Source: an uncultured Acidobacteriaceae bacterium (GTDB lineage Bacteria; Acidobacteriota; Terriglobia; Terriglobales; Acidobacteriaceae). From it: 64,000 bases of DNA. The notes under the pieces are model-generated. The model ran no database searches and was not told the DNA's origin. It saw nothing but the letters and a program-made list of their open reading frames with translations. The stretch is taken from NCBI GenBank assembly GCA_963735895.1, contig CAVTMQ010000002.1, positions 305,938 through 369,937 of the forward strand, written 5' to 3'. The position numbers and the translations under genes are program-made. Positions 43,482-52,246 of the stretch are shown in pieces (position 1 is the stretch's first letter; each line of letters begins with the position of its first letter).

Positions 43482-44345
43482 TTAATGAACTGTGGGAGCC
43501 ACTTCGTCCGACGAAATGGCTCCTGTTTTTTTCAGACTTCGCCATAGTGCGGCAAGTACCTCGACCGCGAGAGACTCCGCGCGCGCTTTGGGATCAATCC
43601 CAGCGTCGGAAAGTGCTGCTGCGATTGCTGCTCCGTCGATGCCCGCCGCACGAAGGTTATTCGCCAGCGTCTTGCGTTTCAACGCAAACACCTGCCGCAT
43701 GAACCTCAGGAATTGCTCCCGGTCAACTTTGAGTTCCTCAAAGCGCGGGGCGAATCGCCAGCGAAACACCGTAGAGTGCACCTCTGGTGGTGGTGTGAAC
43801 GCGCTCGGCGGCAAAGTGAAGAGCCGCTCCGCGGGCCCATGCATTTGCACTGTGACCGAAAGAAGACCGTAGTCGCGCGAACCAGGCTCGGCGGTAACGC
43901 GATCAGCCACTTCGCGCTGCACCATCAGCACGGAGCGATCGAGTGCGCCGGCGTTTTCTGCCAGCTTCAGCAGAATGGGCGAGGTGATGTAGTAGGGCAG
44001 GTTTCCTGCGACGATCAATCGCTGACCTGCTGCTGCGGAGGCTGCCGCGAAATCAAAGGACAGCACGTCGACCGTTTCAATTTCTACATTCGAACCAACA
44101 GCGTGCGCGACCAGGTCTGCTTCGCCGCCGGAGAATTCAGTCGACAACCGCACTGCAAGCTCAGGATCGAGTTCCAGGGCCAGCACCCTGCCGGCTTTTG
44201 CGGCCAGTTCTCGCGTAATTGCGCCCCTGCCGGGACCGATTTCAACGACTGTGCGGTCTCCGCACTCGCCCAGCGCCGCAACAATGCGACGAACGGCCGG
44301 CTGATCGTGCAGAAAATTCTGGCCGAGTCTGGATTTGGGAGGCAC
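43482..44345 (-). CDS. rsmA: 16S rRNA (adenine1518/1519-N6)-dimethyltransferase KsgA
   Basis: LGQNFL, VVEIGPGRGAIT, AGNLPYYIT, MVQREVADR, F.P.PEV.S. Confidence 0.96.
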   Translation of the reverse strand: MPPKSRLGQNFLHDQPAVRRIVAALGECGDRTVVEIGPGRGAITRELAAKAGRVLALELDPELAVRLSTEFSGGEADLVAHAVGSNVEIETVDVLSFDFAAASAAAGQRLIVAGNLPYYITSPILLKLAENAGALDRSVLMVQREVADRVTAEPGSRDYGLLSVTVQMHGPAERLFTLPPSAFTPPPEVHSTVFRWRFAPRFEELKVDREQFLRFMRQVFALKRKTLANNLRAAGIDGAAIAAALSDAGIDPKARAESLAVEVLAALWRSLKKTGAISSDEVAPTVH

Positions 44346-44599
44346 GACTCGATGTTAGTTGAAGAGGCCTCAGTCGTTCAGTGTTTTGCCTTTCAGTTCT
44401 CCACACGAAGCATGCTGGGAATTGCTCGAATTGAGGACGATCTTCCGCTCTTTCTGTCATAATTGCCCTTCTTTTCTGTCGTGGCAAGCATTTCCGGCAC
44501 TGAATTCCTCCCGTTTTCGGCAGAAATCCTTCCAACTCCTTTATGTTTTCGGGGCTACGCTTACGCTATTGACCGGGCAAGACTCTCAGGAGGAATCCC

Positions 44600-46135
44600 G
44601 TGCTAACTCATACATGCAGGCCGCTGCGCCGAGTCCTGGCGCAGCTTGTTTCTTTAGGACTACTGTTTCCTCTCGCCGCAGCCGCCCAACCCGACGAAGG
44701 CGAAGTGCAACAACTCAAGACTCAGGTCGAGGAGCTGAAGGCGCTCGTCGGCTCTTTGCAGTCGCGTGTAGCTGTCCTGGAGAACCGAAACGGAAACTTG
44801 CGGGCGTCCTCCACGGCCGGACAGCAGGATGCTGCCGCCCTCGTCAGAGCTGCAGCGGAACTGCGCTTAACCCCGGATCAAAGTGCGCCGCTCACAACTC
44901 TTGCATTCGCTTCCGAACGACCCGCTAACTCCGTGGTCAGAGCCCCATCCTCACAAGGGCCTCCGCAATCAGCCGCTACAACCCCCGCCGCCGGGCAGCG
45001 TCCCGAGACGCTGCCCGGCGGAGCAACGCTCAACCTCTATTTCGATGGCTACTTCGAAAACAACTTCAACAACCCGACAGGCCGCGTGAACGACCTTCGC
45101 GCCTACGACGTGTTGAGCCGGGTCTTCAGCATCAACCAGACCGATCTCATTGTCGCGCTCGATCCAGATGTGCAGGGTGGCCGTCGCTATGGTATGCGTG
45201 TCGATCTCCAGTTTGGACAGGCCACCGAAACTCTCCAGGGAAATCCCGTGAACGAGCCCCGTCCCGACATCTACCGCAACATTTTTCAGGCGTACGGCAC
45301 ATACGTCATCCCCGAGGGCAGCGGGCTCAACTTCGACTTTGGCAAATGGGCCAGTTCTCTGGGTATCGAGGGCAACTACACCAAAGACCAGATGAACTAC
45401 TCACGATCGTTCTACTTCTACTTTCTGCCCTTCTATCACGCGGGCGTGCGACTGCACTACAACGTGAACAGCAAGCTGGGCGTGAACTACTGGATCGTCA
45501 ACGGCACCAACCATTCGGAGCCCACCAACGGCTACAAGGACGAACTGTTTGGAGTGGTGCTGCAACCGACGAAAACACTGAGTTGGACCGTGAACTACTA
45601 CCTGGGCCAGGAGCATCCTGACGCTGCCCCGGCCAATAATTGCGTCGTCCCGGTACAGCCCGGTCTTTGCTTTACGCCCATCACGCCCGCGCCCAATGGC
45701 AAGCTGCACATCTTTGACAGCTACGCCACATGGAACGCCACGCCCAAGTTGACGTTTGCAGGCGAAGGCGATTACGTGATCCAGCGAGAATGGGCCAATG
45801 CCGCTCCCGGCGAATCCTCCGCGCCTTCCCACACTGACGGGGGCGCTGGCTATGTGCAGTACCAGTTCTCGCCGCGTCACATAGTCGCCGGCCGCGCTGA
45901 ATATCTCTCCGATCGGGGCGGCATGTTCAGCAATGCCACGCAGGCTTTGAAGGAAGTGACAGCCACTTACCGCTACAACTTCGGAGACGGGTTTGCGACC
46001 TTCCTCGAGTACCGCCGCGACTGGAGCAACATTCCCTACTTCGTCACCAGCAATCCTGGGATACTCTCCACACATCAGGACACACTGGGAGCAGGGCTGG
46101 TGTGGTGGTACGGCGGAAAGCAGGGCCCGTGGTAG
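44600..46135 (+). CDS. Outer-membrane beta-barrel porin (putative OMP/BBP2-like) with N-terminal coiled coil
   Basis: Signal peptide, coiled coil, 'FQAYGTY...FDFGKWASSLG.EGNY.KDQMNYSRSF', EYRRDWS. Confidence 0.78.
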   Translation: MLTHTCRPLRRVLAQLVSLGLLFPLAAAAQPDEGEVQQLKTQVEELKALVGSLQSRVAVLENRNGNLRASSTAGQQDAAALVRAAAELRLTPDQSAPLTTLAFASERPANSVVRAPSSQGPPQSAATTPAAGQRPETLPGGATLNLYFDGYFENNFNNPTGRVNDLRAYDVLSRVFSINQTDLIVALDPDVQGGRRYGMRVDLQFGQATETLQGNPVNEPRPDIYRNIFQAYGTYVIPEGSGLNFDFGKWASSLGIEGNYTKDQMNYSRSFYFYFLPFYHAGVRLHYNVNSKLGVNYWIVNGTNHSEPTNGYKDELFGVVLQPTKTLSWTVNYYLGQEHPDAAPANNCVVPVQPGLCFTPITPAPNGKLHIFDSYATWNATPKLTFAGEGDYVIQREWANAAPGESSAPSHTDGGAGYVQYQFSPRHIVAGRAEYLSDRGGMFSNATQALKEVTATYRYNFGDGFATFLEYRRDWSNIPYFVTSNPGILSTHQDTLGAGLVWWYGGKQGPW

Positions 46136-46154
46136 AGGCTGATCTGATTGACCG

Positions 46155-46910
46155 CTACGTTTCGTTCTTGATCACAGCCAGATGGAAAATGCGACGGTGG
46201 GTGAAGCCGAGGCGCTGATAAAGCCGAACGGCGGGATTATCGTCGAATGCGTGGAGAAAAGGCGTTCGGTTTTCGTCTGCGATGTCGCGGATCACCTCGC
46301 ACATCGCAACGCCGGCGTAGCCTCGTCCGCGCGCTTCGGGATGCGTGCAGACGGCGCTGACTTCGACGAAACCTGGAACCCGCATTCGCTGCCCGGCCAT
46401 GGCAAGCAGCCGGCCGCCAGCCAAGATGCCGTGGAATTTCCCGAGCTCAATGGTGCGCTCACGGAAGGGTCCGGGCTCGGTGAGCTTTGCGAGTTCCATC
46501 ATCGCCGGGACGTCGGCACTCCCGAGCCGGCGAAGAGTTATGTCTTTTTCGAGTTTGCGCGCCTCGTCCAGATTCGGCCTCCGGCAGATCATCTGCGTAA
46601 GAATCCCACCGCGAAAGAGGCTCCAGCCTTTCGGCAGTGCGGGCGGATCGTGCAGGAAGAGAGCGACGAGACCGCCGGGGCCTGCGAGCCGCCGCAGCGC
46701 ATCGTAGCCCGCCTGCGATTGATCCGGTGTGCCGGCAAGCGGGCCGATCGCTGCCGGATAACGACGAGCGAGTCCGTAGACGAGGGCCAGTGATTCGTGC
46801 TCATTGAGGAGCGCATTCAAAATGGGATTGTCGAGGAGCGATTCGGAAGCTGCCGACGCGGCAGAATCAGCCGTGGCGGCTGCATCAGAGTCGGCATGAG
46901 GAACGGGCAT
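46155..46910 (-). CDS. GNAT-family (FR47-like) acetyltransferase
   Basis: LDNP, TEPGPF.ERTIELG, MAGQR, EVSAVCTHPEARGRGYA, LYQRLGF. Confidence 0.88.
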   Translation of the reverse strand: MPVPHADSDAAATADSAASAASESLLDNPILNALLNEHESLALVYGLARRYPAAIGPLAGTPDQSQAGYDALRRLAGPGGLVALFLHDPPALPKGWSLFRGGILTQMICRRPNLDEARKLEKDITLRRLGSADVPAMMELAKLTEPGPFRERTIELGKFHGILAGGRLLAMAGQRMRVPGFVEVSAVCTHPEARGRGYAGVAMCEVIRDIADENRTPFLHAFDDNPAVRLYQRLGFTHRRIFHLAVIKNET

Positions 46911-47065
46911 ATATCCAAGATGATCCTGTCGCGCAAGTAGATGCGGAATCCTCGCCGCGAAAACCAGCGTCAAAGGATGAGCATGTAAACTTGGCGGTTG
47001 ACCACAGTCCAAATTCACGAGTCGTGCCCGGGAATCATCACCTGGCGGGAGTAAGGAGAGGAACG

Positions 47066-48520
47066 ATGCAGATTGTCTTTGCCGCGTCCGAGTGTGTTCC
47101 GTTTGCGAAGTCGGGCGGACTCGCCGATGTGGTGGGTGCGCTGCCCAAGGAAATCTTCAAGTTGGGTCACGAAGTTACGGTTTATCTACCTCTATATGCG
47201 ATAGTTAGATCCAAGTTAACCGGCGAGTTGAAGTTCGCAATCCGATCCATTACGATTCCTTTTCCACATGGGAACCGCTTCGCTGGGATTGTCGATGGCG
47301 GGGTGCACGACGGGGTGAAGTTTTACTTCATAGATTGCCCGGAGATGTTTGATCGGCAGGGATTTTACGGAAGTAATGGCGACAGCTACGGGGACAATGC
47401 CGAGCGCTTTGGCCTTTTCTGCCGGGCAGTGCTGGAGTCGACAAAACTCCTCGGCATGCCGGACATTTTCCACGTACACGACTGGCAGGCCGCACTGATT
47501 CCGGTTCTGCTGCGAACGGTCTACAGCGCCGATCCTGTTCTCAAAAACTGCGGAACAGTGCTTACCATCCATAACGCCGGATACCAGGGATGGTTCCCAC
47601 CAGCAACGACTGAGCAACTGTTGCTTCCGTGGGATATTTTCACCTACGACAAGTTGGAACATTACAACACCTTCAACTTCCTCAAAGGCGGCATCGTCTA
47701 TGCCGATGCGCTTACGACGGTAAGCCCCAGGTATGCAGAGGAGATTCAAACGCCGGAGTTTGGGAACGGTCTCGACGGAGCACTCCGTCAGCGCCGCGCC
47801 GACCTGCATGGCATCCTCAACGGCGTGGACTACGCGGAATGGGACCCCGCGACCGACGGCAACCTTGCCGCGCATTACACGCCTGCAGATCTCTCCGGCA
47901 AGCGCAAATGCCGCAAGGATCTGTTGCACGCCTTCGGTCTCGATGTACCCGAGCAGACGCCTGTGATCGGGATTTGCTCCCGCTTCGCGTCACAGAAGGG
48001 CTTTGACCTCCTGGAGCAGATCGCGAGCCGACTCGCAGAACGCGATGTCGCCGTGGTCGCACTGGGAACGGGAGAACCCTACTACGAGAAGTTCTTTCGC
48101 GACTTTGCCTATTCCAACTCCAGCCATTTTGCCGTCCAGATCCGCTACGACGAAGCTCTCGCGCACAAGGTCGAGGCTGGCGCAGACATTTTTCTAATGC
48201 CAAGCAGATTCGAGCCATGCGGACTGAACCAGATCTATTCCCTCAAGTACGGAACCGTGCCCGTTGTGCGGGCGACCGGCGGGCTTGACGACACGGTGGA
48301 AGAATGGAATCCCGATTTGAATACAGGGACTGGATTCAAGTTCGATCGCTATGATGCACAGGCGCTGCTCGATGTGATTGATCGCGCTCTTGCAGCCTTC
48401 AACGACAAAAAGCAATGGACTCAACTAATGCAGAACGGTATGGCGCAAAACTTCAGCTGGGAAAAACCCTCGCGGGAGTACGCCGCGGTATACGGAGAAG
48501 TGGCGCGGAGGAAAGCTTGA
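47066..48520 (+). CDS. glgA: Glycogen synthase
   Basis: KSGGLADV, HVHDWQ, TIHN, GILNGVDY, QKG, PSRFEPCGLNQ, TGGLDDTV. Confidence 0.96.
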   Translation: MQIVFAASECVPFAKSGGLADVVGALPKEIFKLGHEVTVYLPLYAIVRSKLTGELKFAIRSITIPFPHGNRFAGIVDGGVHDGVKFYFIDCPEMFDRQGFYGSNGDSYGDNAERFGLFCRAVLESTKLLGMPDIFHVHDWQAALIPVLLRTVYSADPVLKNCGTVLTIHNAGYQGWFPPATTEQLLLPWDIFTYDKLEHYNTFNFLKGGIVYADALTTVSPRYAEEIQTPEFGNGLDGALRQRRADLHGILNGVDYAEWDPATDGNLAAHYTPADLSGKRKCRKDLLHAFGLDVPEQTPVIGICSRFASQKGFDLLEQIASRLAERDVAVVALGTGEPYYEKFFRDFAYSNSSHFAVQIRYDEALAHKVEAGADIFLMPSRFEPCGLNQIYSLKYGTVPVVRATGGLDDTVEEWNPDLNTGTGFKFDRYDAQALLDVIDRALAAFNDKKQWTQLMQNGMAQNFSWEKPSREYAAVYGEVARRKA

Positions 48521-48548
48521 AGAAAGTGCTTGGGGCGATTGGAGTGCG

Positions 48549-49028
48549 TTAAGCTCCGTGCCCCAGGGCTTTGGGCACGTCGATGCCGAGGGCCGTGGCG
48601 AGGTCGTGCTGGTGTTCCTGCTCCTGCGAGATGATCATGCGCAACTGCTCGGCCAGGGCATAGTGCCCGAGCGCTTCAGCCTGACGGACGCGTTCGCGAT
48701 AATTCTTGATTGTTACCGTTTCGTTATCCAGATCAAAGCGCAGCATCTCTTCGGGCTTATCGGAGAGCTTTACCTCTTTAGGCGTCGCTGTTGGCATGCC
48801 GCCGAGATAGTCAATCTGATCGGCGATAATGAGCGCGTGCTGCAACTCTTCAGTGGCGTGCTTTCTCAACTCGCCCGCAATGTTCATCCACTGCGCGCCC
48901 TTAAGCACGTTGCTATATACGGTGTATGCGATGATCGCCTGGTATTCGCGAGCGAGATCCTCATTGAGCGCTTTGATTAAGTCCTGAACGGCCTTTTCAT
49001 TCTGCTGGTCATTCTTCTGTTCCGGCAT
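48549..49028 (-). CDS. Ferritin-like (bacterioferritin-type) protein
   Basis: LNEDLAREYQAI, EELQHA..IADQI.YLGG, E..TI..Y, QEQEH ferroxidase-type residues. Confidence 0.85.
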   Translation of the reverse strand: MPEQKNDQQNEKAVQDLIKALNEDLAREYQAIIAYTVYSNVLKGAQWMNIAGELRKHATEELQHALIIADQIDYLGGMPTATPKEVKLSDKPEEMLRFDLDNETVTIKNYRERVRQAEALGHYALAEQLRMIISQEQEHQHDLATALGIDVPKALGHGA

Positions 49029-49782
49029 GTATTCAATCCTCTTTCTCGAGCGAGGCTTCTACCCGCAAACAGAGGTTGTGATGCCAAAGACAAAGAGATT
49101 GTTGGTTCGAACTCATTTGCAGGTCAGTCGCGCACGGCGCTGCTGGAATCACGGGCAGAATGATCTGCGACGAAAGCTGCGCGTCGAGGTAGATCGCATT
49201 GCACCACCTGGGTGCGGCCGATTGTCGTTCAACGGTTCGCCAGCCGATTTGAATATCGCCGACAACATCGAGCGGGCCCGCTATCGCCATGGACCGTCAA
49301 GGCTGAGATGATTAAACAGGGCGAGCGCGTCCAGTTCATCATCGAGATGCACCCACGCCCATGATGTTCAAGAAGGGCACCGCATTCCTTGCCGGTGTGA
49401 ACTTTTTCGATTGGACTGGGCCGCGGCTGATGAAATCTGTGATATTTTGCAAACTGCTGATTCCACAATATCTGGATGGTCAATAAATTGTACATGGCGG
49501 GTTGGCAGCTGTCAGGACGACGAAACGGGCGCTAGTTTGCTGGACCTCGGAAGCACGCTTTCTTCAGCAAGTCTACTGGCGATATTACGCACCTCTGCAT
49601 CATAGTAAGTAGGTATTAGGCGCTGTATTCATTCTTCCCCGGGCCCCTGACCATCTTGTGCGAGCTTGGTTTTTGTTCGCATGCGTAAGTTCGGCTCTAT
49701 GCCATTCAACCAGTGCAGGTCGTCGTTACAGACCAACCTGAAATTCAGGAGACGTGAAATGGTCGAAATCAGGAGATCTGAA

Positions 49783-50373
49783 ATGGGCGCGAAGCTCCTT
49801 CTCGCCCTGGCTGTCAGTTTTGTTTCGCTTTCGTGCACAGCGCAAGTAGTGCCTGCGGTCGTTCGGCCTCGGCTAGCCCCGACAGTTGGCGTAGGAATGA
49901 ACTATTGGTCGGGTGATTGGGGAAGCGGGGACATCAACAGGTGGGGGCCTTCAGCCTGGGCCACCTTATCGATCTTTCATGACCTCAGTGTCATTGCGGA
50001 AGGACACTCCGCGTTCTTTGGTGGAAACCAAAATGCGTCCAATTTCAAATACTTCACGGGCGGAGGCGGCCTCATCTACACCTCGGGATACTGGGGCAGG
50101 TTTCAGCCCTTTGCGAAAGGCGAAGCCGGCTATGCAAGCCTGACGCACCCCTCGAATTTCACCGGCCATTATCACGATACAAGCAATATCTGGACGCTCG
50201 GGGGCGGCGTGGAATACCACACCTGGGGCCAGTGGTGGACGCGAGTGGAGTACTCCTATGATTTCTTTCCGGACTTTCACAGCAGCGTCACCAACCAGAA
50301 CCACACCCTGAATCCGCGAGGCTTCACTTTTGGAGAGACGTATCGTTTCGGTCCGTCAGGCTCCCGTTTCTGA
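49783..50373 (+). CDS. Small outer-membrane beta-barrel protein
   Basis: Signal peptide and amphipathic strands (PFAKGEAG, LGGGVEY, RVEYSY, TYRF). Confidence 0.82.
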   Translation: MGAKLLLALAVSFVSLSCTAQVVPAVVRPRLAPTVGVGMNYWSGDWGSGDINRWGPSAWATLSIFHDLSVIAEGHSAFFGGNQNASNFKYFTGGGGLIYTSGYWGRFQPFAKGEAGYASLTHPSNFTGHYHDTSNIWTLGGGVEYHTWGQWWTRVEYSYDFFPDFHSSVTNQNHTLNPRGFTFGETYRFGPSGSRF

Positions 50374-50456
50374 TCTAACCGGCGCTGCCTAAAAACCTTG
50401 TGTACAACGCAGCATGTCGCTGACCATTCACAAAATCAGCGCAAAATCCAGAGGAC

Positions 50457-50493
50457 ATAAGAAAACCCCGCACAAACAGCGGGGTTTTCTTAT
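50457..50493. terminator. Bidirectional intrinsic terminator
   Basis: Perfect 15-bp inverted repeat ATAAGAAAACCCCGC-N7-GCGGGGTTTTCTTAT. Confidence 0.85.
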
Positions 50494-50718
50494 CGGTAAA
50501 CTGTTGGGATTGGACTAAGGCCATCGCGCTGCCGCGAGTGCCCCCGCATTTTCGCTCTTGCTCTTCGCCGGAGCCCATTCATCCAAGTGCCAATTTCCTT
50601 AAGGAATCGACACCTTGCGATAAGCTGCAAAGGCTACGGTTGAAGGGAAAATGCCTGAGTGACCCGGCCGGTAAAGTCCTTTCCGCCGGGGCTAATCTGG
50701 GGTCTTGGGCGCGATGCC

Positions 50719-50769
50719 CTAGGCCTCAGTCACCTCACGTAAGAAACTACTGGAACAATCATTTTGCAT
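50719..50769 (-). CDS. 16-aa small ORF MQNDCSSSFLREVTEA behind a hyper-extended Shine-Dalgarno
   Basis: GAAAGGAGGTTGATCCAGCC-T-ATG; stop TAG at 50719-50721. Confidence 0.5.
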   Translation of the reverse strand: MQNDCSSSFLREVTEA

Positions 50770-50802
50770 AGGCTGGATCAACCTCCTTTCCCGTGTAGCT
50801 TC

Positions 50803-50831
50803 ACGCTAACGCGGAACCGGTGGCTCGTCAA
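50803..50831 (-). promoter_or_regulatory. Sigma70-type promoter driving the 50457-50797 transcript
   Basis: TTGACG (50831-50826) - 17 nt - TAGCGT (50808-50803). Confidence 0.65.
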
Positions 50832-50868
50832 GTCACAGCAATCTATCTGTTCGGATGGTGAAGAGCTT

Positions 50869-51153
50869 CTACAACCGTTCTTCCAACACCACGCTCACGC
50901 GATCGACGACATCCTTGCCGATCTGTTTGCGAATCTCTTCCTTCACCGGCAGTTTGTGCCTGCCGTCCCCCAAAGCCATGAACGAACTTTGGAACTGCAC
51001 GCTGTCTACCTTGCCGCGCACCTTCACCAGCCCGCGCGTTCCAAAAAATTCCGCAGACTCCGGCCACACAACATAGGTCCATCCACCCTTGTCAGGACTC
51101 TTCTCAAGGATGGCCGTGAATTGTTTGTTCAGTTTTCCACGCGCATTTGCCAT
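50869..51153 (-). CDS. DUF1905-domain protein
   Basis: KGGWTYV....[15 protein letters not shown]...[15 protein letters not shown]...IRK.IGK. Confidence 0.85.
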   Translation of the reverse strand: MANARGKLNKQFTAILEKSPDKGGWTYVVWPESAEFFGTRGLVKVRGKVDSVQFQSSFMALGDGRHKLPVKEEIRKQIGKDVVDRVSVVLEERL

Positions 51154-51172
51154 TGTCCACGCGAGTGCTCCG

Positions 51173-52057
51173 CTAAGCCAGAGCCAGGTTCATGTTGTCG
51201 ATGGCTTCGTCGATCTCCTGCGTGCTCTTGAAGCCAACGGTGGCGCAATCGATACCCGCGTGCTGAAACGCGAATCGCATCGCGGCCTGGCGATCTTCAT
51301 GCTTAGTGAAGGTCCCGTCGCCGCAGAGCTTCATGCTGATCACGCCCATGCCCTCGCTTTTGACCTGTTTCACGTGCGCCACAACCTCGGGAATGACGCT
51401 TGGATTGTTCGCGTCTTCCCCAACCGGTGCATCCATGCGCGTACCGTTGTGGTTCATGCGGATCATTGCTACTTCGAGGAACTTGTTTCCGGGCACTTGC
51501 CGCAGCGCCGGCAGACCGTGGACCGAAGCGCCTCGAGTCTTGATGATCTGCTTTGACTGGGCTTCGAGCATGCCGTCCTGCCATTGCTTCGTCTCCGAGA
51601 CCCAGTCGCCGGTGTGCTGCCAATGGAGCAACATGATGTCGAAGTACTCCGTTTGCGAAACTCGGCGCATCTCGTCAAACCGCTTCTGAGGATCAACTCC
51701 CTGATCAGTCGTCACCTTATTCATCAACTGGTAGCTGTCGCGCGGATACGGCTTCAACGCCTCGCCCAGCATCGCGGGCGTCATATACGACTCGGCAGTC
51801 TCGAAGAAACGAATTCCGTGGTCGTAAGCGTAAGCGATCAGCCGCGAAAACTCCTTCTGCCCCAGCGCCGCCTGCACGTGGCCGTTATTGCTGCCTGTGC
51901 CGAAGGCGAGCCGCGTCACTTTCATCCCGGAGTTTCCCAGTGTCACAATGTCAGTAGCTGTACGACGGGTGGCATGCAACGGCAGCGTGCCCACGCTGGC
52001 GGCAGCGCCAGCGACAATCGTGGTCTTCAGAAAATCGCGTCGATTCAACGGGCTCAT
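51173..52057 (-). CDS. Aldo/keto reductase with twin-arginine (Tat) signal
   Basis: NRRDFLK leader; [37 protein letters not shown]. Confidence 0.88.
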   Translation of the reverse strand: MSPLNRRDFLKTTIVAGAAASVGTLPLHATRRTATDIVTLGNSGMKVTRLAFGTGSNNGHVQAALGQKEFSRLIAYAYDHGIRFFETAESYMTPAMLGEALKPYPRDSYQLMNKVTTDQGVDPQKRFDEMRRVSQTEYFDIMLLHWQHTGDWVSETKQWQDGMLEAQSKQIIKTRGASVHGLPALRQVPGNKFLEVAMIRMNHNGTRMDAPVGEDANNPSVIPEVVAHVKQVKSEGMGVISMKLCGDGTFTKHEDRQAAMRFAFQHAGIDCATVGFKSTQEIDEAIDNMNLALA

Positions 52058-52246
52058 CGGGACCTCCGTGTTTGGGAAACTGCTCGCGCAGCCTTTAGCC
52101 GAGATGTTAGCACGACGCGGTGAAGATCAGAGGCTGCTAGAGCCTGACGCGGTTTTCAATATTGAACCAGACTCGAAAACCAATTCAGCAGCTATACGAA
52201 GCAAAGGACTTATCATAATGATGGAAATAGAGCCTGCCCTGCTCGG

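Larger units (their letters stand above)
50457..50797 (-). ncRNA. Candidate structured RNA / sORF-bearing transcript of unknown family
   Basis: Bounded by a promoter and a terminator. Long-range closing helix (50722-50731 with 50513-50522; 50709-50715 with 50523-50529) plus nested stems. G-U pairs occur only on the minus strand. Confidence 0.6.

Noticed and set aside
48549-49028. Ferritin-like protein as a second encapsulin cargo
   Set aside because: Its C-terminus (LGIDVPKALGHGA) does not match the LxIGSL-type targeting peptide, and the gene is about 14 kb from the encapsulin.
50692-50721. UAG readthrough (pyrrolysine-like recoding) of the sORF
   Set aside because: A second in-frame TAG follows after 8 codons, the extended frame is not protein-like, and no pyl machinery is visible.
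50375-50771. ORF-track entries 50375..50578 (-) and 50538..50771 (+) as real proteins
   Set aside because: No RBS and atypical composition, and the first runs through the terminator; the RNA-structure interpretation fits better.
50771-50790. Remnant of a 16S rRNA gene
   Set aside because: Similarity stops abruptly on both sides (no upstream GGGGAACCTGC-type helix 45 sequence, no ITS or tRNA). The context is a promoter-SD-ATG arrangement on the opposite strand.
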